The position numbers and the translations under genes were made by a program. A model generated the notes under the pieces. The model had not been told where the DNA came from. It was given only the letters and a program-made list of their open reading frames with translations, and searched no databases. A stretch of DNA of 47,929 nt from Thermoanaerobaculia bacterium (GTDB lineage Bacteria > Acidobacteriota > Thermoanaerobaculia > Gp7-AA8), in the NCBI GenBank assembly GCA_046590705.1, contig JBKJUK010000360.1, positions 1-47,929 of the forward strand, read 5' to 3'. The stretch's first letter is position 1; each line of letters begins with the position of its first letter. This document shows positions 24,811 to 35,242 of the stretch, piece by piece.

Positions 24811-24948
24811 AGGGTCGCGGACGCGCTGCTGCGCGTCCCTACACGGTGATTGCAGTGCATCTGTGTGGCACAGGCAATCCTGCCTGTGACGCGCTGAACT
24901 AAGTTAATCGCAATGCGCAGGGTAGGGACGGCGCAGCAGCGCGTCCGA
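24811..24948. repeat. composite nested palindrome: REP-D arm, REP-A unit, inverted REP-D arm
   Basis: The left arm at 24811..24845 is AGGGTCGCGGACGCGCTGCTGCGCGTCCCTACAC. The REP-A unit at 24863..24899 is GTGTGGCACAGGCAATCCTGCCTGTGACGCGCTGAAC. The right arm at 24921..24948 is GGTAGGGACGGCGCAGCAGCGCGTCCGA, roughly the reverse complement of the left arm. Confidence 0.85.
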
Positions 24949-24973
24949 TACCTCGTCGTCGTAACCACGCGGC

Positions 24974-26950
24974 TCATTCCGACGACGGCAAATACCAGAT
25001 CTCATCGACCGCCGCGCTGAGCTCTCTCGTATCACCAGAAACAGCGTCGTCAGACGGTCGCCAGCTGCGTTCGAACCGTAAAGTGACGGCGTCGAACCCG
25101 TCGCGCCAAAGCGTCGCGGGCACGCTGAAGTCGTAGTCGCTCCAACCGGCACGCATCATCTTTTTTCCGACATCCTTTCCATTCACGAACAACGACAACG
25201 TCTGCGGCTGCAGCGGAACATCGAAGGGCATGGCCCGCACTCTGAGCCGAGCCTCGACCTGTCCGGGGACGGGCAGGATTAACGCGGCCTCACGCCCTCG
25301 CACCCATCGATACCAGCTCTTTTCCACCCTCTCGGCGTCATGCCACCCTGAAAGCAACAGTTGCGAGTCCGCCGGCTCCAGCCCCACCCCTCCGCGACGG
25401 CCGTTCACAAACGTCGCCGCGAGCCTGTCGAACAAAGCGCCGGTAACTACTCGCTCCGTCAACTGCCCTGACGTTCCCTTGAAGTAGATTCCGATCGACT
25501 CGACAGGAGATTCCTTCTCCATGAGCATCTGGTGCGTTCTCATCCAGGCACTGATCTCCGGACGGTCGTAGCCACCCGTGGCCAGCCAGACATTCTCACG
25601 ACGTGAGGCTGCCTCTCTTGCCGCTCCAGGTGATTCATGCGCATCAATCACCTGCAGTGAGGACTGTGGTATCTGCCCGAGGTAGAACCGCAGCGAATGA
25701 GCGACCCAGTGATTCGACGCGATCACGGCCTCGCCGCTCAGAGCCGCGTTCTGGAGACGAGTCGTGATCCCGCGCCAATCCAACTTCTGGCGGCTCTCCC
25801 GACGAGCGTTCTCGTAACCGCCGTAAGCCAGCAGCAGAGCAATCACCGCCGCTGTCACCGGCACACCTCGCTCTCGGAACGAGATTGGGAGCACTTTGGT
25901 CAAAGTAGCCGCCAATGCCGTGATGCCAGCCGACAGCAGAACCAGAAATCCAGGAAGGGCCAGCGCGATGTACCGCGAGGCATACCAGTGAGCCAGAACA
26001 CGCAGCGACAGAAGCGAAATCGCCAGCGTTCCTGCAGTAAGGATGATCAGAAGCAGAGCGTTTCTTCTCGAGACGCCGGCAAGATGAACTGCTCCCGAGA
26101 TCGCCAGCAGCAACATCAGCAGCGGGACCGCACGCAGATCACTTCGATCAAAGGCCGTCACACCGAGGCTGTTCACGACTTGAAAAGCCAGCGCCGACTT
26201 CAACTCCGGGTACTCGGTTCCCCGCTCCATCTGTTCGAAGCGTGCGTATAAGAGTCCCAGCAGAAGAATCGACATCACCGCCGCGAGAATCACTCGCACA
26301 CCGGTGGTGCGGTGAGACGTTCTGAACGAGAACAGCGTCACGCCCGCCAGGAACATCGCTCCGAGGAACGGTGCAGCTGTCGCAGCGGTGTAAGCGAGCG
26401 CAGCGAACAGAGCAAGCAGATACCACGACACAACCCGGCGTCGAGCGAGCACCAGCAGGATGGCCGTCGCCAGCAGCATCAGCAGCGCGTACGGACGTCC
26501 CTCGCGTGAGTAATAGACATGAAGCGGCGAGACTGCCATCAGCAACGCTGCAACGCAGGCCGTCACGTTGCTTCGCGAGTAACGCCGCGCGGCCTGAAAG
26601 ATCAGTGCGACAGTGACGATGCCGAACAGCGCCGGCGCGATTCGAGTCGACACTTCCACGCCCCACCCCGAGGCGCTGCGGCCGGCCAGCTGGACCAGAT
26701 AGTAAAGCGGTCCGTTTTCCCTCTCGAATCCTGTCAGCCATTGCCACCATTCGATGCGCTTCAATTCCGAGACGATCTCGTAATTGAGAATCTCGTCCAG
26801 CCAGAGTGACGATTTCCCCAGCGAGTGAAGGCGCAGATACGCGGCCAGGAACAGGATGGCCGCAAGCAACGCTCGCAGCGCAAGGTTCAGCGGTGGAAGA
26901 ACCGCCTCCTCCTCTCGTCTCTCCGTAACGGACATGGCCTCATTTTGCAT
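24974..26950 (-). CDS. ArnT/PMT-like family 39 glycosyltransferase (GT-C) with a C-terminal extracytoplasmic domain
   Basis: The first-loop motif is LRLHSLGKSSLWLDEILNY. About 11 TM helices follow, then a soluble ~230-aa tail. The start is ATG 26950 or 26935; the codons further upstream in the track ORF are probably not translated. Confidence 0.7.
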   Translation of the reverse strand: MQNEAMSVTERREEEAVLPPLNLALRALLAAILFLAAYLRLHSLGKSSLWLDEILNYEIVSELKRIEWWQWLTGFERENGPLYYLVQLAGRSASGWGVEVSTRIAPALFGIVTVALIFQAARRYSRSNVTACVAALLMAVSPLHVYYSREGRPYALLMLLATAILLVLARRRVVSWYLLALFAALAYTAATAAPFLGAMFLAGVTLFSFRTSHRTTGVRVILAAVMSILLLGLLYARFEQMERGTEYPELKSALAFQVVNSLGVTAFDRSDLRAVPLLMLLLAISGAVHLAGVSRRNALLLIILTAGTLAISLLSLRVLAHWYASRYIALALPGFLVLLSAGITALAATLTKVLPISFRERGVPVTAAVIALLLAYGGYENARRESRQKLDWRGITTRLQNAALSGEAVIASNHWVAHSLRFYLGQIPQSSLQVIDAHESPGAAREAASRRENVWLATGGYDRPEISAWMRTHQMLMEKESPVESIGIYFKGTSGQLTERVVTGALFDRLAATFVNGRRGGVGLEPADSQLLLSGWHDAERVEKSWYRWVRGREAALILPVPGQVEARLRVRAMPFDVPLQPQTLSLFVNGKDVGKKMMRAGWSDYDFSVPATLWRDGFDAVTLRFERSWRPSDDAVSGDTRELSAAVDEIWYLPSSE

Positions 26951-27139
26951 AATCTGCCGCGTCCCGTAAGCTCTCACGTCAGGAATTGTGTAGGGGCGCG
27001 TTGCGCGCGCCCGCTCTCCGGTGCACTTCAAAAATACGAACCGGGGAGCGGGCGAACGCAGTTCGCCCCTACGACCGAGACCTGTCGTTGACGTTCAAAG
27101 CATCCATCACTGTCCTCATCGAGGCGCTGCGACTTCCCA

Positions 27140-27931
27140 ATGTCACTGAACCTTCCGCTCTACCTCGCTCTGACCTTCTACGCGGTCGGCACACTGGTCG
27201 TACTCGCATCTCTGCTTTCGAGTCGCGAGCGGCTGCAGCGAATCGCCATGATCCCGATGGCAATCGGCTTCGTAGCCCACACCATCTGGATCGGCATCAT
27301 CTGCACGCTCACCCGGCACCCTCCGCTGACGAACCTCCCCGAATCACTTTCCTTCATTGCGTGGACCCTTCTTTTACTTGAATTGCTGCTGCTATGGCGC
27401 TACCGGGTCTACGCCGCGGCCTTCTTCGTCTATCCGCTGGTGCTGGTCCTGCTGACGATCTCAGCGATCGTGGGAGAGCAGTTCGTCCAGCTGGACCCCG
27501 CTCTGCGATCAAATCTTTTCATTGCGCACCTCTTCTTCAGTTCTCTCGGAGTGGCTGCGCTGCTGGTGGCTCTGGCCTTCACTCTTCTGTATCAACTGCA
27601 GGAACGTTCGCTGAAACTCAAGCGACGAGGACGGCTCGAGCGCTGGATCCCCAGTCTTCGGGTCTGCGATCAACTCAGCTACCGCTCTCTCACCATCGGC
27701 TTCGCCATCTATACCCTCGGTATCGTAGCGGGCGTCATCTGGGCCTATCGCATCGGCGAGCCCGCGCATCTTCGCGTCAAGGAGATCGGCGCGTTCGTGG
27801 CCTGGATCATGTTCGCGTTCCTGCTTCAGTCCTACTTCAGCGGTTCGTACCGAACGCGGAAAACGCTGGTCATTTCAGCGGTGGCTTTCGCTTCGATTCT
27901 CGTAGCACTGTTCGGGATTGCGCATGTCTGA
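27140..27931 (+). CDS. cytochrome c assembly (CcsA) family / HemX-like membrane protein
   Basis: 263 aa with 8 hydrophobic helices. The W-rich motif region is degenerate (GVIWAYRIGEPAHLRVKEIGAFVAWIMF). It lies directly upstream of hemA, as in hemX-hemA arrangements. Confidence 0.55.
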   Translation: MSLNLPLYLALTFYAVGTLVVLASLLSSRERLQRIAMIPMAIGFVAHTIWIGIICTLTRHPPLTNLPESLSFIAWTLLLLELLLLWRYRVYAAAFFVYPLVLVLLTISAIVGEQFVQLDPALRSNLFIAHLFFSSLGVAALLVALAFTLLYQLQERSLKLKRRGRLERWIPSLRVCDQLSYRSLTIGFAIYTLGIVAGVIWAYRIGEPAHLRVKEIGAFVAWIMFAFLLQSYFSGSYRTRKTLVISAVAFASILVALFGIAHV

Positions 27932-27955
27932 TCCGCTGGCCAGGGGAAGCGCACC

Positions 27956-29230
27956 TTGACCTTCGTTCTGCTGGGTGTGAATCACAAAACGGCGCCGGTC
28001 GAAGTACGCGAGCGTCTCAGCATCCCCGAGGCCATGACCTCGCAGTTCGCGCAGGCCTATGCGGCGGTTCCGGGCATTCGCGGTGCGACTGTACTCTCCA
28101 CCTGCAATCGGGTCGAAGTGACGCTCTCCTGCGACAGCGAAGAGCTGATCGACAACGCGGTACGACTGCTGATCGAGAGGACCGGAGTTTCACGTCAGGA
28201 ACTGGAGCAGCATCTATATCTGCTGCGGAATGAAGACGTGGTCCGCCATCTGATTCGTGTGACCGCTGGCCTCGATTCGATGATTGTCGGAGAACCACAG
28301 ATCGCCGGGCAGGTGCGGCAGTCATTCACCGAAGCGCTCGAAGCGAGCACACTCGACTCTTCTCTGCAGCGATTGTATGAGCACGTACTTCGCGCTGCGA
28401 AACGCATCCGTTCGGAGACAGGCATCGGCGAGCACGCCGTTTCCGTCCCGTTTGCAGCAGTCGAACTGGCGCGCAAGATCTTCGGCGACCTGAACGGCTT
28501 GCAGATCCTGCTGGTCGGTGCCGGAAAGATGGGAGAACTGACGGCGCAGCACCTGAACGGCTTCGGTCTCAAAAAGGTATTCGTCGCCAATCGTGCATTT
28601 GCGCGCGCGGTGGAACTGGCCACACGATTTTCTGGTGAGGCCATCGACTTCACATCGCTCGATCAGCGACTGGTCGAGTGCGACATCGTGATCGCCTCTA
28701 CGGCCGCGCCACACTTCGTGCTCGGCGCCGAGGCAGTTCGCAATGCCATTGCGCAGCGCGGAAGGCGGGATCTCTTTCTCATTGACCTGTCCGTGCCGCG
28801 AAACCTCGACCCCGAAATCGCCAAAGTCAGCGGAGCGTACCTCTACAACATCGACGACCTGCGGGAGGTCGTCGACTTCAACCGCGAAAAGCGCGAGAAG
28901 AAGGCCATTGCCGCCGAGGACATCGTGGCGTCCGAGGTGGATTCGTTCGTGCGACGTGTCGCTGCTTCAGACGCCATTCCAACCATCCTCGAACTGCAGG
29001 GACGGCTGGACGAGATCAGGCGCGTGGAGCTCGAGAAATGTCTGCGTCGACTCGGGCCCGTCTCGGCGGATCAGCGAGAAGCAATCGAGGCGCTCACTAC
29101 CGGAATCATCAATAAAGTTCTGCACTACCCTATCATTCGGCTGAAGGAATCGGCCGCTGCTCCGGCGGAGTCGGCGGATGATCGCGAAACTGTGCGTGAA
29201 ACCATTCTCAAGATTTTCGGATTGCGATGA
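27956..29230 (+). CDS. hemA: glutamyl-tRNA reductase
   Basis: TTG start. Motifs are LLGVNHKTAPVEVRERL, LSTCNRVE, MIVGEPQIAGQV and the NADPH site LLVGAGKMGE. Confidence 0.9.
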   Translation: MTFVLLGVNHKTAPVEVRERLSIPEAMTSQFAQAYAAVPGIRGATVLSTCNRVEVTLSCDSEELIDNAVRLLIERTGVSRQELEQHLYLLRNEDVVRHLIRVTAGLDSMIVGEPQIAGQVRQSFTEALEASTLDSSLQRLYEHVLRAAKRIRSETGIGEHAVSVPFAAVELARKIFGDLNGLQILLVGAGKMGELTAQHLNGFGLKKVFVANRAFARAVELATRFSGEAIDFTSLDQRLVECDIVIASTAAPHFVLGAEAVRNAIAQRGRRDLFLIDLSVPRNLDPEIAKVSGAYLYNIDDLREVVDFNREKREKKAIAAEDIVASEVDSFVRRVAASDAIPTILELQGRLDEIRRVELEKCLRRLGPVSADQREAIEALTTGIINKVLHYPIIRLKESAAAPAESADDRETVRETILKIFGLR

Positions 29231-30162
29231 AGCGGATACGAATCGGAACGAGGGGAAGCAAACTCGCGCTGTGGCAGGCCACACGCGTGGCTGAGATTCT
29301 TCAGGACGGCGGATACGACGCCGAAATCGTGGTGATCCGGACCACTGGAGATCAACGCGTCGACGTGCCGCTGTCAGCAATCGGCGGCAAGGGTCTTTTT
29401 CTGAAGGAGATCGAAGAGTCGCTCGAGGCTGGGAAGATCGACATAGCGGTGCACAGCCTCAAGGATGTTCCGACCATGCTAGCTTCGCAATTTCATCTGT
29501 CTGCGCATGTCGAACGGGCCGATCCGCGCGATGCCTGGATTCACGCGCGAGGCGGATCGATCCGGGCCATGTCGACGGAAGTGATCGGCACCAGTTCCCC
29601 GCGGCGTCGTGCGCAACTACTCGCCAGACATCCGCAACTCACCACCCGCGATGTGCGCGGGAACGTAGATACCAGAATGACTCGACTTCGAAGCGGTGAA
29701 TATGATGCCATCGTCCTGGCCGCGGCAGGTCTGGGCCGTCTTGGCAGAACCTCAGAAATCACTGAGCATTTCGACGTCGAACAGATGGTTCCATCGGCCG
29801 GCCAGGGCATCGTGAGTGTGGAGCGCCTTCGGGTCCGGGAAGACTTGCTGGAGGTCGATCAACTTTTGAACGACGAGGGTGTGCAACGCATGGCCGACGC
29901 TGAGCGGGGCGTGCTCGAAGAGTTCGACTCACGCCTCGACTGCTACAGCGCCGTGGCCGTGCACGCAGAGGTAGACTCGCAGCGGATGACACTGCACACA
30001 TTCATTTCCGATCACGAGGGCCGCGACGCCGTTCGGATCGTGCGATCGGCTCCGCTGGAAGACATTGCCGCGCTGATCCGGGCGGTCGCTGCCGAGATGA
30101 AAGATCGAGGCGCGCTCGAATTGCTGTCCCGATCATCTGCAAGCGCGCCGGAGGCCTCTTGA
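29227..30162 (+). CDS. hemC: hydroxymethylbilane synthase (porphobilinogen deaminase)
   Basis: Motifs are IRIGTRGSKLALWQA, GGKGLFLKEIE, DIAVHSLKDVP and GNVDTR. The start overlaps the hemA stop (ATGA). Confidence 0.9.
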   Translation: MKRIRIGTRGSKLALWQATRVAEILQDGGYDAEIVVIRTTGDQRVDVPLSAIGGKGLFLKEIEESLEAGKIDIAVHSLKDVPTMLASQFHLSAHVERADPRDAWIHARGGSIRAMSTEVIGTSSPRRRAQLLARHPQLTTRDVRGNVDTRMTRLRSGEYDAIVLAAAGLGRLGRTSEITEHFDVEQMVPSAGQGIVSVERLRVREDLLEVDQLLNDEGVQRMADAERGVLEEFDSRLDCYSAVAVHAEVDSQRMTLHTFISDHEGRDAVRIVRSAPLEDIAALIRAVAAEMKDRGALELLSRSSASAPEAS

Positions 30163-31661
30163 GCGGAATTGTTTATCTGGCGGGCGCCGGGCCGGGTGAT
30201 CCGGGCCTACTCACGGTGAAGACGGCCGCGCTGCTGGCGCGCGCGGGTGTCGTTGCAGTCGACGCCCTGGTTTCGAGTGCCATTCGACGACTGATCAATC
30301 CTTCGGCGCGTGTGATCAACGTCGGCAAGCGGGCCAGTCTGCACACCATGCCGCAGGACCAGATCAATCAGCTTCTGGTCGACGAGGCGCGCAAAGGGAA
30401 CCTGGTCGTTCGACTCAAGGGTGGCGACCCATTCGTCTTCGGTCGCGGCGGTGAGGAAGCTGAAGAGCTGTCTGAAGCGGGTGTTCGTTTCGAAATTGTT
30501 CCGGGCATCTCTTCCTCGGTTGCTGGTCCGGCCTATGCGGGCATTCCGGTCACGCATCGTGACTTCGCGACATCAGTCACCCTGATCACAGGACACGAAA
30601 GCGACGGATCGCAGGGCATTCCCTGGACCGAGCTGGCGGCCATGAACGGAACGGTCGTGTTCATGATGGGTCTCGGAAATCTTCCCGACATTACAGAGAA
30701 GCTGATGACTGCCGGACGTCGCGGCGACACACCCGTGGCCATCATCTCCAAAGCGACGACACCGGAGCAGAAGACGCTGGTCACTACACTCGAGAAGGCA
30801 GCCAGCGATCTGGCAGCGTCGCCACTTCCCACGCCGGCCTTGATCGTGGTCGGCGGCGTGGTCTCGTTGCGCGAGAAGATCGAGTGGTTCGAGTCGCGGA
30901 CGCTGTTCGGTCGCACCATCGCAGTGACCCGGGCCCGTGCGCAGGCCTCCGATCTGGTCAGCATGCTGGAGAAGGAAGGCGCGCGGGTCATCGAGTTCCC
31001 TACCATCGCCATCGAGGAACCGGAAGATTTCAGCAGCATCGATGCGGTCGTTTCTGCACCCGAGGCGTTTGACTGGTTGATCTTCACTTCGGTGAACGGC
31101 GTGAACTCCTTCATGGAAAGACTGATGGCCGCAAGGAGCGACGCGCGTGCGCTGTCGACCTGCCGCATCGCAGCGGTGGGGAAACCGACTGCAGAACTTC
31201 TGCGAAGTTGGGGACTAGTGGCGGATCTCGTTCCCGAGAAGTTCCTGTCGATCGCGCTGCTGCCGCACTTCCCCGATCGTCTCGACGGCATTCGCATCGC
31301 CATCGTGCGGGCCGAACAGGGACGTGACGAACTCAGAGAGGCATTGCAGGCCCGCGGTGCGACGGTCGAACTGGCAATTGCCTATCGAACGGCTGCAGTC
31401 ACCACGGATCGCGACGAACTCGAGGCGCTGATCGCGCGCGGCGGACTCGACGCGGTGACCTTTACCAGCGCCTCCACGGTCGAGAACTTCTTCGAGCAGC
31501 TGAGCCCTGAATCGCGATCGAGAGCAATCCGCGAGGTTCGCTTTTTCTCGATCGGACCGACCACATCAGCCGCGCTGAATCGGTTCTCTGCGACAGGCGT
31601 AGAAGCTGCCGAGGCAACGATCGAGTCGCTGACCAGGCTGGTCTGCGAGCAGTTGCGGTAA
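30159..31661 (+). CDS. cobA-hemD: fused uroporphyrinogen-III C-methyltransferase / uroporphyrinogen-III synthase
   Basis: The N-terminal half has the SUMT motifs [35 protein letters not shown] and VPGISS. The C-terminal ~250 aa are HemD-like ([48 protein letters not shown]). The TTG start overlaps the hemC stop. Confidence 0.85.
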   Translation: MSGIVYLAGAGPGDPGLLTVKTAALLARAGVVAVDALVSSAIRRLINPSARVINVGKRASLHTMPQDQINQLLVDEARKGNLVVRLKGGDPFVFGRGGEEAEELSEAGVRFEIVPGISSSVAGPAYAGIPVTHRDFATSVTLITGHESDGSQGIPWTELAAMNGTVVFMMGLGNLPDITEKLMTAGRRGDTPVAIISKATTPEQKTLVTTLEKAASDLAASPLPTPALIVVGGVVSLREKIEWFESRTLFGRTIAVTRARAQASDLVSMLEKEGARVIEFPTIAIEEPEDFSSIDAVVSAPEAFDWLIFTSVNGVNSFMERLMAARSDARALSTCRIAAVGKPTAELLRSWGLVADLVPEKFLSIALLPHFPDRLDGIRIAIVRAEQGRDELREALQARGATVELAIAYRTAAVTTDRDELEALIARGGLDAVTFTSASTVENFFEQLSPESRSRAIREVRFFSIGPTTSAALNRFSATGVEAAEATIESLTRLVCEQLR

Positions 31662-31766
31662 AGGGCGGGCCGGGGGCAGGAGGCCGGCGTCGAAGCAGAA
31701 TCAATTGCGCTCTCGCGTGGCTTTCTTTTACTCGCTCGAGATCACATTATCGCGACAATTTGGGCA

Positions 31767-31942
31767 CGTCATTCCGATGAGCGCGGGGACGCTTGTGGGG
31801 CAGGCGAGGTGTGTGTGCGAAGAGGAATCTCCGTTCCGCGCCGCGAGGTCGTGACATGACACCGCCTCGGCGCAGACCGGAGATTCCTCTTCGCAGTCAG
31901 GACTGCGTGAGAATGACGATCGCGCGGCTCATCGGAATGACG
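31767..31942. repeat. family B nested inverted-repeat element, copy 2 (inverted relative to copies 1 and 3)
   Basis: The arms are CGTCATTCCGATGAGC ... GCGAAGAGGAATCTCCGTTCCGCGCC ... GGCGCAGACCGGAGATTCCTCTTCGC ... GCTCATCGGAATGACG. Its core aligns better with copy 3 after reverse complementation. Confidence 0.9.
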
Positions 31943-31956
31943 TCTCGTTGAGAGGA

Positions 31957-32032
31957 GAGAGGCCGGGCGGGCCGGGATGACATATTCAAAATCGCGCTGC
32001 GCCCTTCGACCCCGGCCCCCGGCCCGCCTCTC
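31957..32032. repeat. GC-rich inverted repeat (same GGCCGGG family) flanking an AT-richer loop just upstream of the 32045 CDS
   Basis: GAGAGGCCGGGCGGGCCGGG (31957..31976) and CCCGGCCCCCGGCCCGCCTCTC (32011..32032) are imperfect complements. The loop is ATGACATATTCAAAATCGCGCTGCGCCCTTCGA. Confidence 0.6.
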
Positions 32033-32044
32033 ACACGACCGCTC

Positions 32045-35000
32045 TTGCTACACTCGCCAGCCATGCCAGTCAGTCAGGAAAGGCGACTCGCCGCGAGTGT
32101 GCAGCGCGCGCTCATCATCACCGCGGCCTTCTTTTACGCCGCCGGTCTCTTCTTCTGTCTGACGAAATTGTTGCGCGACGTGCCTCCCACGGCGCCCATT
32201 GCCGTTGGTCGGGTGACCATCGAGCAGGCCTCGAAACTTCGCGACTACCTCACTGCTGCGCTGTTCTATCTGACGATCCCGTTCGCCACCTGGAGCTTTC
32301 ACCATCTGCTTGGTCGCTGGTTCGCTCGACTCACCCGTTCCCTGGCGCAGGCCAGCCCCGACGCACGCACAGCGGCAGCGTTCCTCTTCGCTACGCCTTT
32401 CCTGCTCTCACCCTTTCTCTACCTCACTACGAAAAAAGAGGGATGGACGCTCATCCTTCCTCCACTACTCAGCGCCGCGTTTACCGGTTTGTTCGTGCAA
32501 CTGAAGACCCGGAGAGCGTTTCAGTCGTTCCTCAGAACAGAGAACCGGCCCATGCTCAGACTCCTGCTCATCGAAGCGCTCAGCTGGATTCTTTTTCGCT
32601 ACCTGGCGACCGGGACGCGCATCGCGCACATTCCGACTCTCTTTCTCGAAGCGGCCTTCGTCCTGCTGTTCATCGCGCTGTTCTTTCTCACCGTCTTCAC
32701 CGTGGCTACGCTGCTCTTTCGCCTGCGTGGAATTCCAATCGAAGCAGGCCTCGAGGCCATTGCCTTCGGCGCTACACCGTTTCTGCTTCTTCCCTTCTTC
32801 GGGCTGACGATGATCTGGCCGAGCACGATCATCATCGTAGCCATGGGCGCTGCAGTAATCACCCTGGTGGTCGCGGTAAAAAGGCGTGTGAAATTCGACC
32901 GCCATCGACTCGACAGGTTGCTGGCGTGGGTGATCGTTCCGGCGCTTCTCTTCGCCTTCACCTATGCCTCAGTGTCATCACTCTCACGATGGATCGATCT
33001 TTTTCACAGAGGCGAAGCGCTCGGCCCGGCCTCTGACTACCTTCGCGGAAAAGTGCCGTTCCTCGATGTCTTCGCCTTACACGGAATGCTGGAAGACGGG
33101 TTGCTCGATGCCTGGGTGATGCAGTGGTTTGGTCGCGATGTATCGATCGCGCTGGTCCGAATCGAGCTGATTGCAGCACTCGTTCCGGCCGCACTCTGGA
33201 TGCTGGGGATGTTGCTGTTCCGATCGTATCCGCTGGCTTTGCTGGTAGTTCTGCTCAGCTTCGTGACCGCGGCCGACAATCAACGCGCGCTACTGGAAAT
33301 CATCACCCTGATCTGGATCGTCGCTGGATGGCAGCAGAAGCGAGCTCTCAACTTTCTGTTGGCCGGAGTCTCGGCAGGCCTGGCGCTTTTCTTCAGTCTC
33401 GAAATCGGGATCTATTCCGTGGTGGCAAGCGTGGCTGCGCTGACCCTGGCCGCACTCTTTCTGCCGGCCATGCGGCGCTTCGCTGGTCTGAGCGCCGCAA
33501 ATTTCGCGGCCGGTGTCGCCATTGCCGTTACACCCTTCCTCATCTACCTCGGGATGTCAGGAGCGATCGGCGAGTTTCTGGCAATTTCCTTCGTTGAAGT
33601 CCCACGCGTGATCGACGCTACCTGGTCGCTCCCCTTTCCCGATCTCGGATCCGGTTTCGGCGAAGCGTTGTCGGCGCGCACGATCTCAGACTTTCTTCTC
33701 GGCGATCGCTTCCGGTTCATTCTCAATCCGCTGGTGATTGCTGTTCCCGCCACGACTCTGCTCTTTCTCCTTCGCAGACGCCGATTCATGGAGGCTGATG
33801 TTCCCCTGATGGCGCTCACACTGTTCGCGCTGATCACGCAGCGCAGTGCGCTCGGCCGCGCCGATTTCCCGCACCAGTACTTCTCGGCCTTCCTCATCGC
33901 ACCATTGCTGGTGGCGGTAGGAGTGCTGATGGTGGCGCCGCTGCGCAGACTCTGGAAAGGTGGATCACTATCCACCCGACTCTTTCTCGGAACGTTGCTT
34001 CTGCTGGTGCTGCCTCTTTCGATGTTCGCACTGTGGATTCCCGATCTGCTCAACGCCCGCCTCGACAACGTGACCACGTTCCGGCCGCGAAAATCGGGAA
34101 TCGGTTTCACAGACAAAGCGGGAGATGAAACACGAGCCCGCATTGATTCCGTCGTTGCCGCGATCCACAGGCACGTTGTCGTCGGGAAGCCAATGTTCGA
34201 CTTCTCGAATCAGCCGGCCTTCTACTTCTTCGCTGACCGTCCGAACCCGACCCGCTTCTATCAGGTGCCGGTGATGTCGCCGGTGGAGTACCAGCGGGAA
34301 GTCATCGGCGATCTCGAGCGTCACAAACCGCGACTGGTTCTTCGTAAGTCTCCCGAGAACTACGATCAGTTCGACGGCATCCCCAACGATGTCCGGGCCC
34401 AGGCCGTAGCGCGCTACATCAACTCCAATTACAGGTTCACCGAGCAGGTTCGCGGGATCGAACTCTGGACCAGAATCGCCGGTCGCACGCCTCTGTCGAT
34501 GGCGAGTTACTTTCGAGGCGTGAAGGTTCCCACTTCAATGCCTGACACGTCGCGCAGTATTCGCATCTTCCCGGCCGCCGGGAGCATTCACGGCGCGACA
34601 AACTCATTCTGGAGATCGGACCTGATCGTCCATAACCCCGGAACCGTGCCGAGTACCTCGGTCATCCGTTATCTCTCGGCAGCTGGCGCGCAGGAAAGAC
34701 AGCTGACGGTGAAGCCGGGTCACACCGTTCGGATCGAAGATCTCGTGGTGAAACTTTTCGCCCTGCCGGAGACACGCGGATCGCTGGTCATTGATACCGC
34801 CTCAGCTGACCTCTCCATCTTCAGACTGAGGAACTATGACGTCTCGCGGGCGAGTTCCGGAGCGATCGAGGAGCCGCTGCGACAGGAGCGTAGCGCCGTT
34901 GCCGACAGTCCGCTCTCCACGCTCCGCTTCGTTGGTCTCGACGGAATGTGGCCGCGGCGAGCGAATGTCGGAATCGTGAACACAGGCGAAGAGGAACTCC

Positions 35001-35242
35001 GTGCCACCATCGAGGCCCGGACCGCGAACGGAAACATCGTAGGCGTCCCCGTCGAGGTGAAACTGGAAGAAGGCGGGTCTGAACTCATCGTTGACGCCGG
35101 TGCGAAACTCGGGGCGCCACTCACTGAAAGCGTAGTGGTGGTGGTGCATGTGAAACGGGGACGCGCCGTCGGCTACGCTTCTGTGATCGACGGTCATACC
35201 AGCGCCCTGACCATCTTCAACGGTGAACCCTCACCAAGATGA
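32045..35242 (+). CDS. large polytopic membrane protein of unknown function with a C-terminal beta-rich module shared with the 2465 protease
   Basis: 1065-aa ORF starting at TTG 32045 or ATG 32063. About 16-18 hydrophobic helices span the first ~640 aa. A soluble region follows (PMFDFSNQPAFYFFADRPNPTRFYQ), then a terminal ~227-aa module (nt 34559..35239). I do not recognise a catalytic motif. Confidence 0.7.
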   Translation: MLHSPAMPVSQERRLAASVQRALIITAAFFYAAGLFFCLTKLLRDVPPTAPIAVGRVTIEQASKLRDYLTAALFYLTIPFATWSFHHLLGRWFARLTRSLAQASPDARTAAAFLFATPFLLSPFLYLTTKKEGWTLILPPLLSAAFTGLFVQLKTRRAFQSFLRTENRPMLRLLLIEALSWILFRYLATGTRIAHIPTLFLEAAFVLLFIALFFLTVFTVATLLFRLRGIPIEAGLEAIAFGATPFLLLPFFGLTMIWPSTIIIVAMGAAVITLVVAVKRRVKFDRHRLDRLLAWVIVPALLFAFTYASVSSLSRWIDLFHRGEALGPASDYLRGKVPFLDVFALHGMLEDGLLDAWVMQWFGRDVSIALVRIELIAALVPAALWMLGMLLFRSYPLALLVVLLSFVTAADNQRALLEIITLIWIVAGWQQKRALNFLLAGVSAGLALFFSLEIGIYSVVASVAALTLAALFLPAMRRFAGLSAANFAAGVAIAVTPFLIYLGMSGAIGEFLAISFVEVPRVIDATWSLPFPDLGSGFGEALSARTISDFLLGDRFRFILNPLVIAVPATTLLFLLRRRRFMEADVPLMALTLFALITQRSALGRADFPHQYFSAFLIAPLLVAVGVLMVAPLRRLWKGGSLSTRLFLGTLLLLVLPLSMFALWIPDLLNARLDNVTTFRPRKSGIGFTDKAGDETRARIDSVVAAIHRHVVVGKPMFDFSNQPAFYFFADRPNPTRFYQVPVMSPVEYQREVIGDLERHKPRLVLRKSPENYDQFDGIPNDVRAQAVARYINSNYRFTEQVRGIELWTRIAGRTPLSMASYFRGVKVPTSMPDTSRSIRIFPAAGSIHGATNSFWRSDLIVHNPGTVPSTSVIRYLSAAGAQERQLTVKPGHTVRIEDLVVKLFALPETRGSLVIDTASADLSIFRLRNYDVSRASSGAIEEPLRQERSAVADSPLSTLRFVGLDGMWPRRANVGIVNTGEEELRATIEARTANGNIVGVPVEVKLEEGGSELIVDAGAKLGAPLTESVVVVVHVKRGRAVGYASVIDGHTSALTIFNGEPSPR

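Noticed and set aside
30533-31303. A 256-aa ORF antisense to cobA-hemD. Similar long antisense or out-of-frame ORFs occur at 8856..9407, 36829..37545, 45970..46647, 13970..14617 and 26148..26750.
   Set aside because: All are embedded in well-supported genes on the opposite strand or in another frame. All have biased Arg/Ser/Ala/Pro composition and none has motifs. They are artefacts of stop-codon scarcity at high GC content.
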